Positions 50,651-59,322 of a stretch of 64,000 nt of DNA are shown in pieces (position 1 is the stretch's first letter; each line of letters begins with the position of its first letter). Origin of the DNA: a virus. Taxonomy: Duplodnaviria > Heunggongvirae > Uroviricota > Caudoviricetes. A model generated the notes under the pieces. It searched no databases, was not told where the DNA came from, and was given only the letters and a program-made list of their open reading frames with translations. The DNA lies in the IMG/VR virus record IMGVR_UViG_3300020156_000001, positions 416,348 to 480,347 of that record; one strand, written 5' to 3'. The position numbers and the translations under genes were made by a program.

Positions 50651-51163
50651 CTAGGTATCAGCAAGCCATTCCCCTGACATTGTACCGCGGAGCTTTTTCA
50701 ATACAAATAGACGTCTTATATCCATAAGTTCGGGATGGTTAATGGATTCAAAGAATTCTATTTTGATCTTGGAAAGCAGCCTAGCTTCTAGAAGTTTGGT
50801 AAGTTCAATACGAGATAATTCGGGCGAAGGTTCGTTGACTTCAAAATTGAAAAGCACACCTTCGTTGAAGCTGTTAAGGAACTGATTTCCAAGCTCAGTA
50901 AGAAAGAAGGAAATGTTGATTTCCTTGCGTGGATCATCCGATACTTGCTCAATCTCAGCAAGTTCATAAAGCACACAGGGATGACGTCCCGCTAGGACAC
51001 GGGCTTCATCATGTGCGACATCCCGAAGGGTTTGCCCGCAATTGTCAAAATCCTCAACTTTAAAAGTTGAATCGTATATGGATGAATAGCAGCAATCAAT
51101 CAGGTTACGGCGTAACCGCCATTGTTCCATCATTTCAAGCTGTGGTTTCTTTATTCCTCGCAT
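50651..51163 (-). CDS. Hypothetical protein
   Basis: Promoter TTGACA-N16-TACAAA at 51170-51197. Confidence 0.65.
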   Translation of the reverse strand: MRGIKKPQLEMMEQWRLRRNLIDCCYSSIYDSTFKVEDFDNCGQTLRDVAHDEARVLAGRHPCVLYELAEIEQVSDDPRKEINISFFLTELGNQFLNSFNEGVLFNFEVNEPSPELSRIELTKLLEARLLSKIKIEFFESINHPELMDIRRLFVLKKLRGTMSGEWLADT

Positions 51164-51256
51164 ACAACGTTTGTAGCAGGAAAGCCTAGTTTGTCAAATG
51201 AAAATGGATGCCGTTTCCAGCACCCATTCTCTGCAAGCTAGGAGTTAGAAGCTTAC

Positions 51257-52072
51257 TTAAATGTCCTTGTCCTTGTAGATACCAAGGAGTTCCTTAACAA
51301 CTGGGTGACGCTCAACGTCACTCTTCTCAAACTTCACAACACTAATGTGGTTGGAGCTTTCGAAACGTGCTAGGAAGTCGGCAAGACCGTTATCCTTGCC
51401 ACGATCGCTTTGCGCGAGGTCACCTGTAACAACCATCTTGGAGTTCTCACCAATACGTGTGAGAATCGAGAGCATGGAGTTTGCTGTTGTACCTTGGGCT
51501 TCATCAACGAGGATAAAAGCGTTCTTAAATGTACGACCGCGAATAAATGCGATTGGAACCATCTCGATGATGTTTTCTTCAAGCATGTACTGGATTTCAG
51601 CGGAATCGTAATACTCGGCAAATACGTCTAGGATTGGCATCATCCAAGGTGTCATCTTCTTAAGAATGTCACCAGGAAGGAAACCGATATCCTTGTCGTC
51701 GACCGCCACGTTTGGGCGTGTGATAACAATCTTTTCAACTTCACCGGCCTTCAGTGCCTTGATAGCTGCAAGTGTGGCGATCATTGTCTTACCACAACCA
51801 GCTGGGCCGGTAGCGAATACAATGTGCTGAGAATCATCAGCCAACGCAATCATCAGGTCTTCCTGATTTACGTTACGTGGCGTAATGTCTACACTGCGCT
51901 TCTTTGTTTTCTTGAAGTTTGCTAGGTCGATAACATTGTTATTGCGAGAATCACCGCCACGGGAATTGTTTCGCGAATAGCGATTATCCGATGGACGACC
52001 ATAGTCGTTAGGTGTTCTGTTGCGGTCTTGACGAGGGTTGCTGCGCTCTGCGCGTTTAGCTCTCTTGGCCAA
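51257..52072 (-). CDS. phoH: PhoH-family ATPase
   Basis: GPAGCGKT, GFLPG, RGRTF, DEAQ, GD..Q.D and RHPVV motifs; GGAGG SD with TTG start. Confidence 0.93.
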   Translation of the reverse strand: MAKRAKRAERSNPRQDRNRTPNDYGRPSDNRYSRNNSRGGDSRNNNVIDLANFKKTKKRSVDITPRNVNQEDLMIALADDSQHIVFATGPAGCGKTMIATLAAIKALKAGEVEKIVITRPNVAVDDKDIGFLPGDILKKMTPWMMPILDVFAEYYDSAEIQYMLEENIIEMVPIAFIRGRTFKNAFILVDEAQGTTANSMLSILTRIGENSKMVVTGDLAQSDRGKDNGLADFLARFESSNHISVVKFEKSDVERHPVVKELLGIYKDKDI

Positions 52073-52153
52073 TGTACAGCCTCCAATATGAGGGGTTGCG
52101 ACTGCTCATTGGTATTTATGGATCGTTAACCGAGTTAAGTAGGTAGTTTAAGC

Positions 52154-52456
52154 CTACTTGCGAAATGATTTCTTTTTAGTGAAAACTTCGGCTTCATAGT
52201 CCATGTAGAGACCGTAGAGATAATCACCTGCTGGGTCACAACTTAGCCTGCGTGTTTGGTAGGTAACTTTAACAATGGGTTCGTTGCTTTTTAAGCCCAT
52301 CTCCAACTGCTTTAGAAAGCCTTTTGGAGAAGAGTATCGACCCCCAATCCTTTTTGGTATTGGATTGTACCAGAGGTTGCCTGATATTTTGCTAAGCAAC
52401 CACTGATACTTTCTATGTCCATCCACGTAAGAATTAAGGATCTGATCCTCGTTCAT
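52154..52456 (-). CDS. Hypothetical protein
   Basis: ATGA overlap with the HAD gene. Confidence 0.55.
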   Translation of the reverse strand: MNEDQILNSYVDGHRKYQWLLSKISGNLWYNPIPKRIGGRYSSPKGFLKQLEMGLKSNEPIVKVTYQTRRLSCDPAGDYLYGLYMDYEAEVFTKKKSFRK

Positions 52457-53067
52457 GCCATCCAGCCTAAGCGGTAGCAATTCTCATCACTAACGCATTC
52501 ATAAATTTCCTTCCACGTTTTCACGCGCTTGGAATATTTAATCTCAGCGTCAATGTTGTAGGGTTGCTCCATTAGGAATACTTTGTGTCCCAGGCGTCCA
52601 CCTTCTTCAGCGTGTTTGACTTTATCGTCAACCCACCATGTTGGCTTATACCGCTCCAGGAAACGCGTCTTTGCTTGGCCTAGTCCTACGCAATGCACGG
52701 TGTCGAAAACGCCCGGAAAATACTTCTGGAGGTTGGTACGACGTGCATCGTGTGTCCATACATCATCTGTGCAAGCGGTAATCGCAACAAAGGCATAACC
52801 TTCTTTGTGAAGAAGATTTACATACTCAACAGCATGATCGTACGGCGTGATATGCGGGAAATGATCCTTGCACTGGTTGAACATTTCGATAAGCTTGCGT
52901 GTTGCGGAATACTCACACTCAAGCCATTCTTCAATGTTGTGGAAGTCGCGCATCCGACCCTTTGGTGTTGGTCCACCAAACCATTTGTGCGACTTTAGGT
53001 ACCACGCTTCAAAGTGTCCTCCCCAATCCAGGAGGACCTCATCCACGTCAGTTAGAATTAGTTTCAT
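52453..53067 (-). CDS. HAD-family phosphatase/nucleotidase
   Basis: LTDVDEVLLDW, AIT, WVDDK and PYN motifs. Confidence 0.8.
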   Translation of the reverse strand: MKLILTDVDEVLLDWGGHFEAWYLKSHKWFGGPTPKGRMRDFHNIEEWLECEYSATRKLIEMFNQCKDHFPHITPYDHAVEYVNLLHKEGYAFVAITACTDDVWTHDARRTNLQKYFPGVFDTVHCVGLGQAKTRFLERYKPTWWVDDKVKHAEEGGRLGHKVFLMEQPYNIDAEIKYSKRVKTWKEIYECVSDENCYRLGWMA

Positions 53068-53410
53068 TTTTGTCTCCCGGGACAAGTCCCTTTAGGCGAT
53101 CGTAATTCTTAACGTCATTGGCAACCCACTGCTTGAGAGCAGCGGTGACGTCTTCCTGATAACGATCGACGTATTCCTTGAAGACTTCCGTGGACGTAAG
53201 GTCAAAGCGATTCTTGAGAACCTTACCACCGAGCAGATCGATAATAACAGAAGCTTCAGTGCTGTGGCGACGACCAACTTTGTCTGAGATGATCATATTC
53301 TCAAACGTTTCGTAGTTGTCTGGATTCGACGATACGCCCTTCTTGCTTGCATCAACACCAGCGGCGAGACGGGTAACATGAGAGACGATTAGGTAAACAC
53401 TTTTTGACAT
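53048..53410 (-). CDS. Hypothetical protein
   Basis: ORF directly after the clamp loader. Confidence 0.7.
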   Translation of the reverse strand: MSKSVYLIVSHVTRLAAGVDASKKGVSSNPDNYETFENMIISDKVGRRHSTEASVIIDLLGGKVLKNRFDLTSTEVFKEYVDRYQEDVTAALKQWVANDVKNYDRLKGLVPGDKNETNSN

Positions 53411-53411
53411 T

Positions 53412-54344
53412 TTAGAGATCCGACAATTTGATTACAACAGCGGCGAGGTTAATTTCAGCATCCGCACACAAAGCGTGGTCACGAAGACCCGCAGCAATAA
53501 TAAGCACGGCATTCTTCTGTGTATCAGGATTGTCGCCGAACAATTCCAAATGCGTATACAAGTAGCGATAGATTTGGTCGTACTCATCCGTTTTTGCAAT
53601 GCTGCAAATGTACTGACGAGCTTCCAAATACTTCTTTGTCATGAACAACTCGTAGAACTTGTCCATGTAGTCGAGGGAGCTTTCCTCAGAGGATTCCATT
53701 GGATGGAGCTTGCCACCCTTTGTGTACTGGTCCAGCAAGTTGATGCACTTGCGAAGATCAGGATAGCTAAAGCTGACAAAAGCTTCCAAGTCTTCAACTT
53801 CAAACTCAGCATTTTCCGCAAGCAAAACGTTGATCATGCGTTCCATGTAGGATTCCATATCAAGCTTGTTGATGTGGAAGCTTTGCATACGTGAGTGCAG
53901 CGCCGGCATGATCTTGTGCGGATAGTTGCAGGTCATGATAAAGCGAACGCTATCCGAATACTTTTCGATTTCGTTACGCATGATGCCCTGCGCGTCTTGA
54001 CTCATGCGATCCACCTCATCGAGAAGAATCACTTTGTATTCGCCCACAGGCCAAGTACCGCAAAAGTTAACGATCTTATTACGGATCGTTTCAACACCGT
54101 TTTCGCGAGAAGCGTTGATTTCCAGTATGTCACCGGGATCAACACCCAGCATGTTAATGAGGATCTTGGCAAGCGTTGTTTTGCCTGTTCCTTGCACGCC
54201 GCTAAGCATGATGTTAGGAATAGGAATACGCTTACCATCGGGATTGGCAACCCATTCCCGGATCTGCAATTCCATCATTTTGTCTTTGAAAACATAGCCG
54301 TCAAAAGTATCTGGACGGTACTTTTCCACCCACAAATCGTGCAT
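53412..54344 (-). CDS. Clamp loader ATPase (RFC small subunit / gp44-like)
   Basis: LWVEKYRP, GTGKTT, EINAS, LDEVD and SR motifs. Confidence 0.93.
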   Translation of the reverse strand: MHDLWVEKYRPDTFDGYVFKDKMMELQIREWVANPDGKRIPIPNIMLSGVQGTGKTTLAKILINMLGVDPGDILEINASRENGVETIRNKIVNFCGTWPVGEYKVILLDEVDRMSQDAQGIMRNEIEKYSDSVRFIMTCNYPHKIMPALHSRMQSFHINKLDMESYMERMINVLLAENAEFEVEDLEAFVSFSYPDLRKCINLLDQYTKGGKLHPMESSEESSLDYMDKFYELFMTKKYLEARQYICSIAKTDEYDQIYRYLYTHLELFGDNPDTQKNAVLIIAAGLRDHALCADAEINLAAVVIKLSDL

Positions 54345-54408
54345 CAGTGAAATCCTAAAGTTTTAATTGTTTTCTAAATATAACTGGACAGACTCTAGGG
54401 AGTCAATT

Positions 54409-54786
54409 TTAAAACCAGCGTAGCTTGAACAACGTGGCGTGTTCAGCGGAGTTAAACCCGATCAGATTAGGGAGTACGAACCAAGTACGCTTGTCCGCAG
54501 GGATAATTGGATTCAGTTGATTCCAATCATCATAGTCGGCAATTTTATCAAGTAGCGGGGGTCGATTCCAAGGGAGAAACAATTGTTCGTAAAAACGAAC
54601 AGCACCAAATTCATAACCGAGTGTTTCAATAAGCCAACGGTGAAGTTCTTCTTTAGGATACCATTGAAGCGAGCTGTCGTCGGTAAATTTTCGGTTAAAC
54701 ACGTTGTAGTGGTATTGGATGACACTTTGGTTTCGATCGAACAAATGTTCGATTTCAGATCCATATCCGGCTTGAAATACCACCAT
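54409..54786 (-). CDS. FKL-motif family protein
   Basis: WLIETLG...IGFNSAEHATLFKLRWF. Confidence 0.75.
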   Translation of the reverse strand: MVVFQAGYGSEIEHLFDRNQSVIQYHYNVFNRKFTDDSSLQWYPKEELHRWLIETLGYEFGAVRFYEQLFLPWNRPPLLDKIADYDDWNQLNPIIPADKRTWFVLPNLIGFNSAEHATLFKLRWF

Positions 54787-55124
54787 TAGCTTTGGAACCA
54801 CTTTAGCTTGAACTGCAAAGCAGCGTTGCGGTGCTTAAAGCCAATTTTAGTTTGTAGCAAGAGTTGGCCGTTGCGGTAAACGTGAGTCTTTGTTGGGTGA
54901 TATTCGCCCCAGTTGTAATCGTCGCTAAAAATTGCTGCACGTTCGGGGTGTTCTTCGCCAGCAAGTTCGCGGGCATCTTCAACCATACGATGGTAGTCGG
55001 ACTCTGTAAGGAAAACTTCCATCGTGTAGGGAAACACTTCCTCGAAGGACGCCTGGATTTCTTTAATATCTTCAAAGCGTAGGAGGTGTAGTTCTACATA
55101 AAGCGATTCGGAAATGGAAAACAT
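54786..55124 (-). CDS. FKL-motif family protein
   Basis: IGFKHRNAALQFKLKWFQS. Confidence 0.75.
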   Translation of the reverse strand: MFSISESLYVELHLLRFEDIKEIQASFEEVFPYTMEVFLTESDYHRMVEDARELAGEEHPERAAIFSDDYNWGEYHPTKTHVYRNGQLLLQTKIGFKHRNAALQFKLKWFQS

Positions 55125-55195
55125 CTGAGCCCGTATTGGTTAAGTGCCTGTTTCCCATCATATGTTTAGAATTTAACCTAAAGTCAACCTATTAT

Positions 55196-55501
55196 CTACA
55201 CCCAGGACAATTTAAATAATGCCGCTTTCTTTTTATCGGCAAAATACATGAGGTGATAGGGTGTTTCCAGCTTTGGATTACCAGACAAATAATAGTTAAA
55301 GAACCATTCGGTATCAGAGTCTGCCCGTATAATCTCTGGCAAAGATAACGCTTCTCTACCTACGTGTTCACGCAACCATTGAACAATATCATCGGTAAGG
55401 GATATCGCGAATCTATGGTCATATGGATTTATGGTGATAACACCGGGATGGTTTATTGGAACTTTGATATGGGTGGGACTTCTACGATTAAAGTTGAACA
55501 T
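55196..55501 (-). CDS. FKL-motif family protein
   Basis: WLREHVG...MYFADKKKAALFKLSWV. Confidence 0.75.
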   Translation of the reverse strand: MFNFNRRSPTHIKVPINHPGVITINPYDHRFAISLTDDIVQWLREHVGREALSLPEIIRADSDTEWFFNYYLSGNPKLETPYHLMYFADKKKAALFKLSWV

Positions 55502-55502
55502 T

Positions 55503-55793
55503 TTAGATCCACGCAAGTTTGAAAAGCATGAGGTCGGCGTTATCGGCGAAGTAGATATGACCCTTCGCAACACCGCCTTGGATGACGTACCAACGAGCCT
55601 CAGCTTGTTTCTGCATCATGTTGTTCAAGCTTGATGCAGGATATCCAAAGTGGTAGACAAGCCACTCATAGACATCCGGGCGGAGAACTATAGTACCGAT
55701 CCGAGGTGATCGATCAATAATTGGCTCATATAGAGTGATGTGAACAAGTTCACGCCACTCCAATTGACTGAGGTCGTATCGTATGTCTCTCAT
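55503..55793 (-). CDS. FKL-motif family protein
   Basis: WLVYHFG...IYFADNADLMLFKLAWI. Confidence 0.75.
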   Translation of the reverse strand: MRDIRYDLSQLEWRELVHITLYEPIIDRSPRIGTIVLRPDVYEWLVYHFGYPASSLNNMMQKQAEARWYVIQGGVAKGHIYFADNADLMLFKLAWI

Positions 55794-56032
55794 CCGAATG
55801 TCAACTTGAATACCATAGCATCTTTGTATTGCTTAAACTCGATAATCGTCGCGGTAGAACCGCTAATGTGCGAGAGATTCCAGTGCTTGTTTCGGAATAG
55901 TTTCTTCTCTTCAAGCCAAAGCAGCGCATCACCCACCTTGCGGGAGTACGCATCGGAGCCATAAGTTGAACCATCGTCAAGCGAGATAGCCACATCATAT
56001 GGATATACGTCAAGCAAACCCTTTAGCATCAT
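55790..56032 (-). CDS. FKL-motif family protein
   Basis: IEFKQYKDAMVFKLTFG; AAGGAG SD. Confidence 0.75.
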   Translation of the reverse strand: MMLKGLLDVYPYDVAISLDDGSTYGSDAYSRKVGDALLWLEEKKLFRNKHWNLSHISGSTATIIEFKQYKDAMVFKLTFG

Positions 56033-56089
56033 GCTACTCCTTTAATTGTGCCAGCTTAGCGCGAAACCCCAATGGAATCAAGATGTGGC

Positions 56090-56115
56090 AATGGTGTGGA
56101 TTTCTCCACACCATT
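56090..56115. terminator. Hairpin after groES
   Basis: AATGGTGTGGA/TCCACACCATT 11 bp stem. Confidence 0.6.
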
Positions 56116-56118
56116 AAC

Positions 56119-56457
56119 TTAGAACAGCTCAGGCTTCTCAGCTTGAGCAAGTAGGATTGCGTCTGTGTCAACGCGCTGGATGTAAAGTTCTTCACCGTTG
56201 AGTTCAACAGGAACACCATAAGTCCAACGGCCATGCTCGATGAGAATCCATTCGCCTGGACGAACATAATCAACATTTGAGCCAACCTTGTAGACTTGCG
56301 CCCAACGCGGACGGATACCACGATCCTTACCGTTGTCGTCGGGGATGAGAATCCCACCCTTTGTAAGCTTGTCGCCCTGATCCATATTGTAGATAAGAAT
56401 ATGGTCCTTGAGCGGGCTTACATCACGATCAAGCCTAAAATACACGTTTGCTGGCAT
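56119..56457 (-). CDS. groES: GroES-like co-chaperonin
   Basis: PLKDHILI...TKGGILIPD...VYKVG..VRPGE. Confidence 0.85.
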   Translation of the reverse strand: MPANVYFRLDRDVSPLKDHILIYNMDQGDKLTKGGILIPDDNGKDRGIRPRWAQVYKVGSNVDYVRPGEWILIEHGRWTYGVPVELNGEELYIQRVDTDAILLAQAEKPELF

Positions 56458-56466
56458 TATACCCTC

Positions 56467-56883
56467 TTAGTCTTCTTTTTCCGAAAGCTTGCGTGTGCGA
56501 TCTTTTGCAACTGCTGGCTTTTCAGCGCCAACATCAGCAGCTGGTGTTGCAGGTGCAGCAGCTTTTTCATTTTGCTTCTGCGCTTGCAATGCCTTCAAAC
56601 GCTCAACAACCTGTTGTGGAGTTTCAAAGGAGTCAGCTTCAACAGCGCGAACGTCCACACGCTTGACGTTACCCTGGAGATGAGAATTGTTGTATTCTGC
56701 CTCAATATCCTCACGACGCTTGTTAACTTGGCCGCCCGCTGTGAGCATGTCGCCGCGTGCGTTCATACGAAGCTGAGTACCACGGCCAGTAACCGCAACC
56801 GTCTGCTCGTTTTTCGCACGCATCTCTTCCATGTTAATTGAAACGCCGCGCATTGAGGTGTGGGACTTTGGTAGCTTTGCCAT
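56467..56883 (-). CDS. Hypothetical late protein
   Basis: SMRG..INM...MNARGD; TAAATA and AAGGAG upstream. Confidence 0.7.
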   Translation of the reverse strand: MAKLPKSHTSMRGVSINMEEMRAKNEQTVAVTGRGTQLRMNARGDMLTAGGQVNKRREDIEAEYNNSHLQGNVKRVDVRAVEADSFETPQQVVERLKALQAQKQNEKAAAPATPAADVGAEKPAVAKDRTRKLSEKED

Positions 56884-56915
56884 AAAGATCTCCTTGTTAT
56901 ATTTGTAGTTATTTA

Positions 56916-57449
56916 CTAGTTGAGGAACTCGGAAAAATCCAAGTCATATGCAAGGGAATCAACCCTATGTACGCCGATCAAAAACAGCACATAGGAACTT
57001 ACGGAAGAACCTCTACCAATGCCCCAAAGGACTTTGTGTTTGCGAAATGTTTCGATCAAATAAACTAGGCTGCGGAGCATTCCGAAAAGATCATACTTTT
57101 CAAATACATCAAGCTCCGCATGAATTCGGTCTTTTTGCTGTTGAGTTTCACAAAATTGTTCAAGCCAAACCCGTAGATCCAAATGCTTGAAACGTTCGGG
57201 GATTAACCACTCATTGCGATAAGCCGTCATCAAATCATCCACCGGAATCTCCGGTTTGGAATATACCGGTGGAAGCATTTCATCTTGGTCATGAGCTTTT
57301 GCAACTTGAACAAACTGCTGATACTCCTCACCATCTTCAATGAGAAGTTTTTGGATCTCGTAGCCCTTCATGATCAGCGGATATAGATCCTTGATCTTGA
57401 AGCTTACTTGACCGTATTCGTCAACAGTTCTGTTCTCCAATTGTATCAT
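56916..57449 (-). CDS. Stand-alone fragment of DNA polymerase III alpha (DnaE-like)
   Basis: R...EL..F...WGIGRGSSVSSYVLFLIG..VD...YDL.F..FL. Confidence 0.8.
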   Translation of the reverse strand: MIQLENRTVDEYGQVSFKIKDLYPLIMKGYEIQKLLIEDGEEYQQFVQVAKAHDQDEMLPPVYSKPEIPVDDLMTAYRNEWLIPERFKHLDLRVWLEQFCETQQQKDRIHAELDVFEKYDLFGMLRSLVYLIETFRKHKVLWGIGRGSSVSSYVLFLIGVHRVDSLAYDLDFSEFLN

Positions 57450-57715
57450 AGCCAAGAAACCTTAAAAAGCACCGCGTGGTTGCTGTGGCGAAATTTGAAA
57501 GTCATGCAACTGGGTTCAACAGCATCATACTCGCCCATGTCAACTTTCCAATTCTTCTCCCCTATGGCTTTATTAAGCCAGATAGCCACATCCTCACGTA
57601 CGGTTAAATCCATGACGTGCAAATAATAATCCGCAAATTGATAGCTGGTTTGCACTTGATAGTCAAAACCCGGGAAACCCAACCACCGGCGTATTCTCCT
57701 CCAAATATTCATCAT
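57446..57715 (-). CDS. FKL-motif family protein
   Basis: WLNKAIG..W...FKFRHSNHAVLFKVSWL. Confidence 0.75.
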   Translation of the reverse strand: MMNIWRRIRRWLGFPGFDYQVQTSYQFADYYLHVMDLTVREDVAIWLNKAIGEKNWKVDMGEYDAVEPSCMTFKFRHSNHAVLFKVSWL

Positions 57716-57936
57716 CCGCACCATGATAGTTTGTAAAGCATAGCATCACTTTCCTTCTCAAAAGAAATGGTATACCCGTTAAGTGAATCATATTCCCATT
57801 TACCTTCACAGGTGGTTTCAAGCCATTCCACTACCTGGGACTGTAGCTCAAATTCATCATACAGAAAGCCATGATAGAAGATAACCACTTTGCTATTAAT
57901 AAAGCCATGAAGATCAATGTGATACGGTAAATTCAT
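57712..57936 (-). CDS. FKL-motif family protein
   Basis: WLETTCEGKW...ISFEKESDAMLYKLSWCG. Confidence 0.75.
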   Translation of the reverse strand: MNLPYHIDLHGFINSKVVIFYHGFLYDEFELQSQVVEWLETTCEGKWEYDSLNGYTISFEKESDAMLYKLSWCG

Positions 57937-58184
57937 TGCCAAGCCAATTTAAACATCATCGCGTGTTTGGGTTCCCAAAAGATAAACTCCAATGCCCAAC
58001 TACCACCAAAAACTACTTTACCCGGACCGGGTACCCATTTGGGATTAAACGCAAATTTGCCTTGACCAACATGATTTACTAACCACTCCTTGACTTCCGG
58101 CTGTAGCATAAGCCCATCTTGTCCACTTGAAAAACGAGTGACTAGACTTTTAGACCAAGGCAAATCCACTATATGCGGGGTCAC
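57933..58184 (-). CDS. FKL-motif family protein
   Basis: WLVNHVG...FIFWEPKHAMMFKLAWQ. Confidence 0.75.
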   Translation of the reverse strand: MTPHIVDLPWSKSLVTRFSSGQDGLMLQPEVKEWLVNHVGQGKFAFNPKWVPGPGKVVFGGSWALEFIFWEPKHAMMFKLAWQ

Positions 58185-58885
58185 TCTTTGTCACCTTTGA
58201 TAACTTCGGGCCTAAACGCTGGGCGAAGCACAACAGCTTCCTCACCCAATGCTTTGCGAAAGCCCTGACGAATAAAGTCCAAGCTATACGCGCTTGCTGG
58301 CGCCTTTGAAAGATCCGCACCTTCCGGTGGAATCACATCAACTGTGCTGGCATCATCTCGTGCCCACCACGGCTTACCAAAGTAGGCTTGCTCTCCAACC
58401 CATTCAGCCATTTCCGGCAAGTTGTGTTCGCCGGAACCCGTAAACATGAATGAGAGTCCGCTTTCATCATCGCTTGTTAGTTCAATAATACCAAACTCCA
58501 ACACGCCACCGCCAAATGCGTTCATCTTGCTGTGCAGGATTTCCGCAATCAAATCGTCTGTGGGTTCCTCAGGCAACATCATCAAGTTATTGCCGGAGTT
58601 AACTTTGCCTTCTTCATTAAACAACGCATTGTGCGCCCATTCGTTGTCCACGCAAAACATTAATGCGCCGTCAACGGAGTTCTCAAGCCAGTATTTGATT
58701 TTGGCAATTGCCACTTTGATTTCAAGTTCATACTCTAGGGCTTCTTCATCTTCGACATCCTCATAAAGAACCTCAGCTTGAAGTTTCCATCGTGTGGGAA
58801 CCAAGCGATTTTCTGTGATGCGTATTGCCTTAAATTCCAAAGCCAATTTTACGATAAATTCAGGATATTCAAATTCTTCAGACAT
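58181..58885 (-). CDS. Hypothetical acidic protein
   Basis: Long ORF; PWWARDDAST motif; ends EVIKG. Confidence 0.65.
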   Translation of the reverse strand: MSEEFEYPEFIVKLALEFKAIRITENRLVPTRWKLQAEVLYEDVEDEEALEYELEIKVAIAKIKYWLENSVDGALMFCVDNEWAHNALFNEEGKVNSGNNLMMLPEEPTDDLIAEILHSKMNAFGGGVLEFGIIELTSDDESGLSFMFTGSGEHNLPEMAEWVGEQAYFGKPWWARDDASTVDVIPPEGADLSKAPASAYSLDFIRQGFRKALGEEAVVLRPAFRPEVIKGDKE

Positions 58886-58950
58886 AGATAATCCCTGCAA
58901 ATAGAGTATTAACTCTATCATACATGGTTTAGGACAAAAATATCAATTGA

Positions 58951-59073
58951 AAAAGGTGTCTTCTGGAACTGCTCGATCCAGTTGTTTTAGAGTAGTTTGG
59001 TTGGGCCCAACCATTTAGCTAACCTTGAGTGAGAACGGGTGAGCAGCCAATTAAGGTGTCCTCGCTCTGTTGC
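58951..59073 (-). ncRNA. Candidate structured ncRNA
   Basis: Nested inverted repeats downstream of TAAATA in an ORF-free gap. Confidence 0.3.
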
Positions 59074-59112
59074 TAAACTATTTACTCTTTTCGAGTGTAA
59101 AAATATACGCTG

Positions 59113-59322
59113 TTAAGCGAATGTAAGCTTAAAAAGGGTGGCTATTTTCTCGTCATCGAAAAAGAAACAGACTATCTTATATGAGGAATCACAGTACATC
59201 CAAGCGATATCGTTGGCTGGGTATTGATCAATAAATTCTTTAACTTCCGGCTTTAGCATGCCAAAGATAGTAACGTGATCAATAACTAGGGAAGTTTGAA
59301 TATCTACCCTAGTGTGTATCAC
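59113..59322 (-). CDS. FKL-motif family protein
   Basis: FFFDDEKIATLFKLTFA. Confidence 0.72.
   Translation of the reverse strand: MIHTRVDIQTSLVIDHVTIFGMLKPEVKEFIDQYPANDIAWMYCDSSYKIVCFFFDDEKIATLFKLTFA

Noticed and set aside
58984-58995. GTTTTAGAG resembles the start of a type II CRISPR repeat
   Set aside because: Single 9 nt match with no array, tracr-like partner or cas gene
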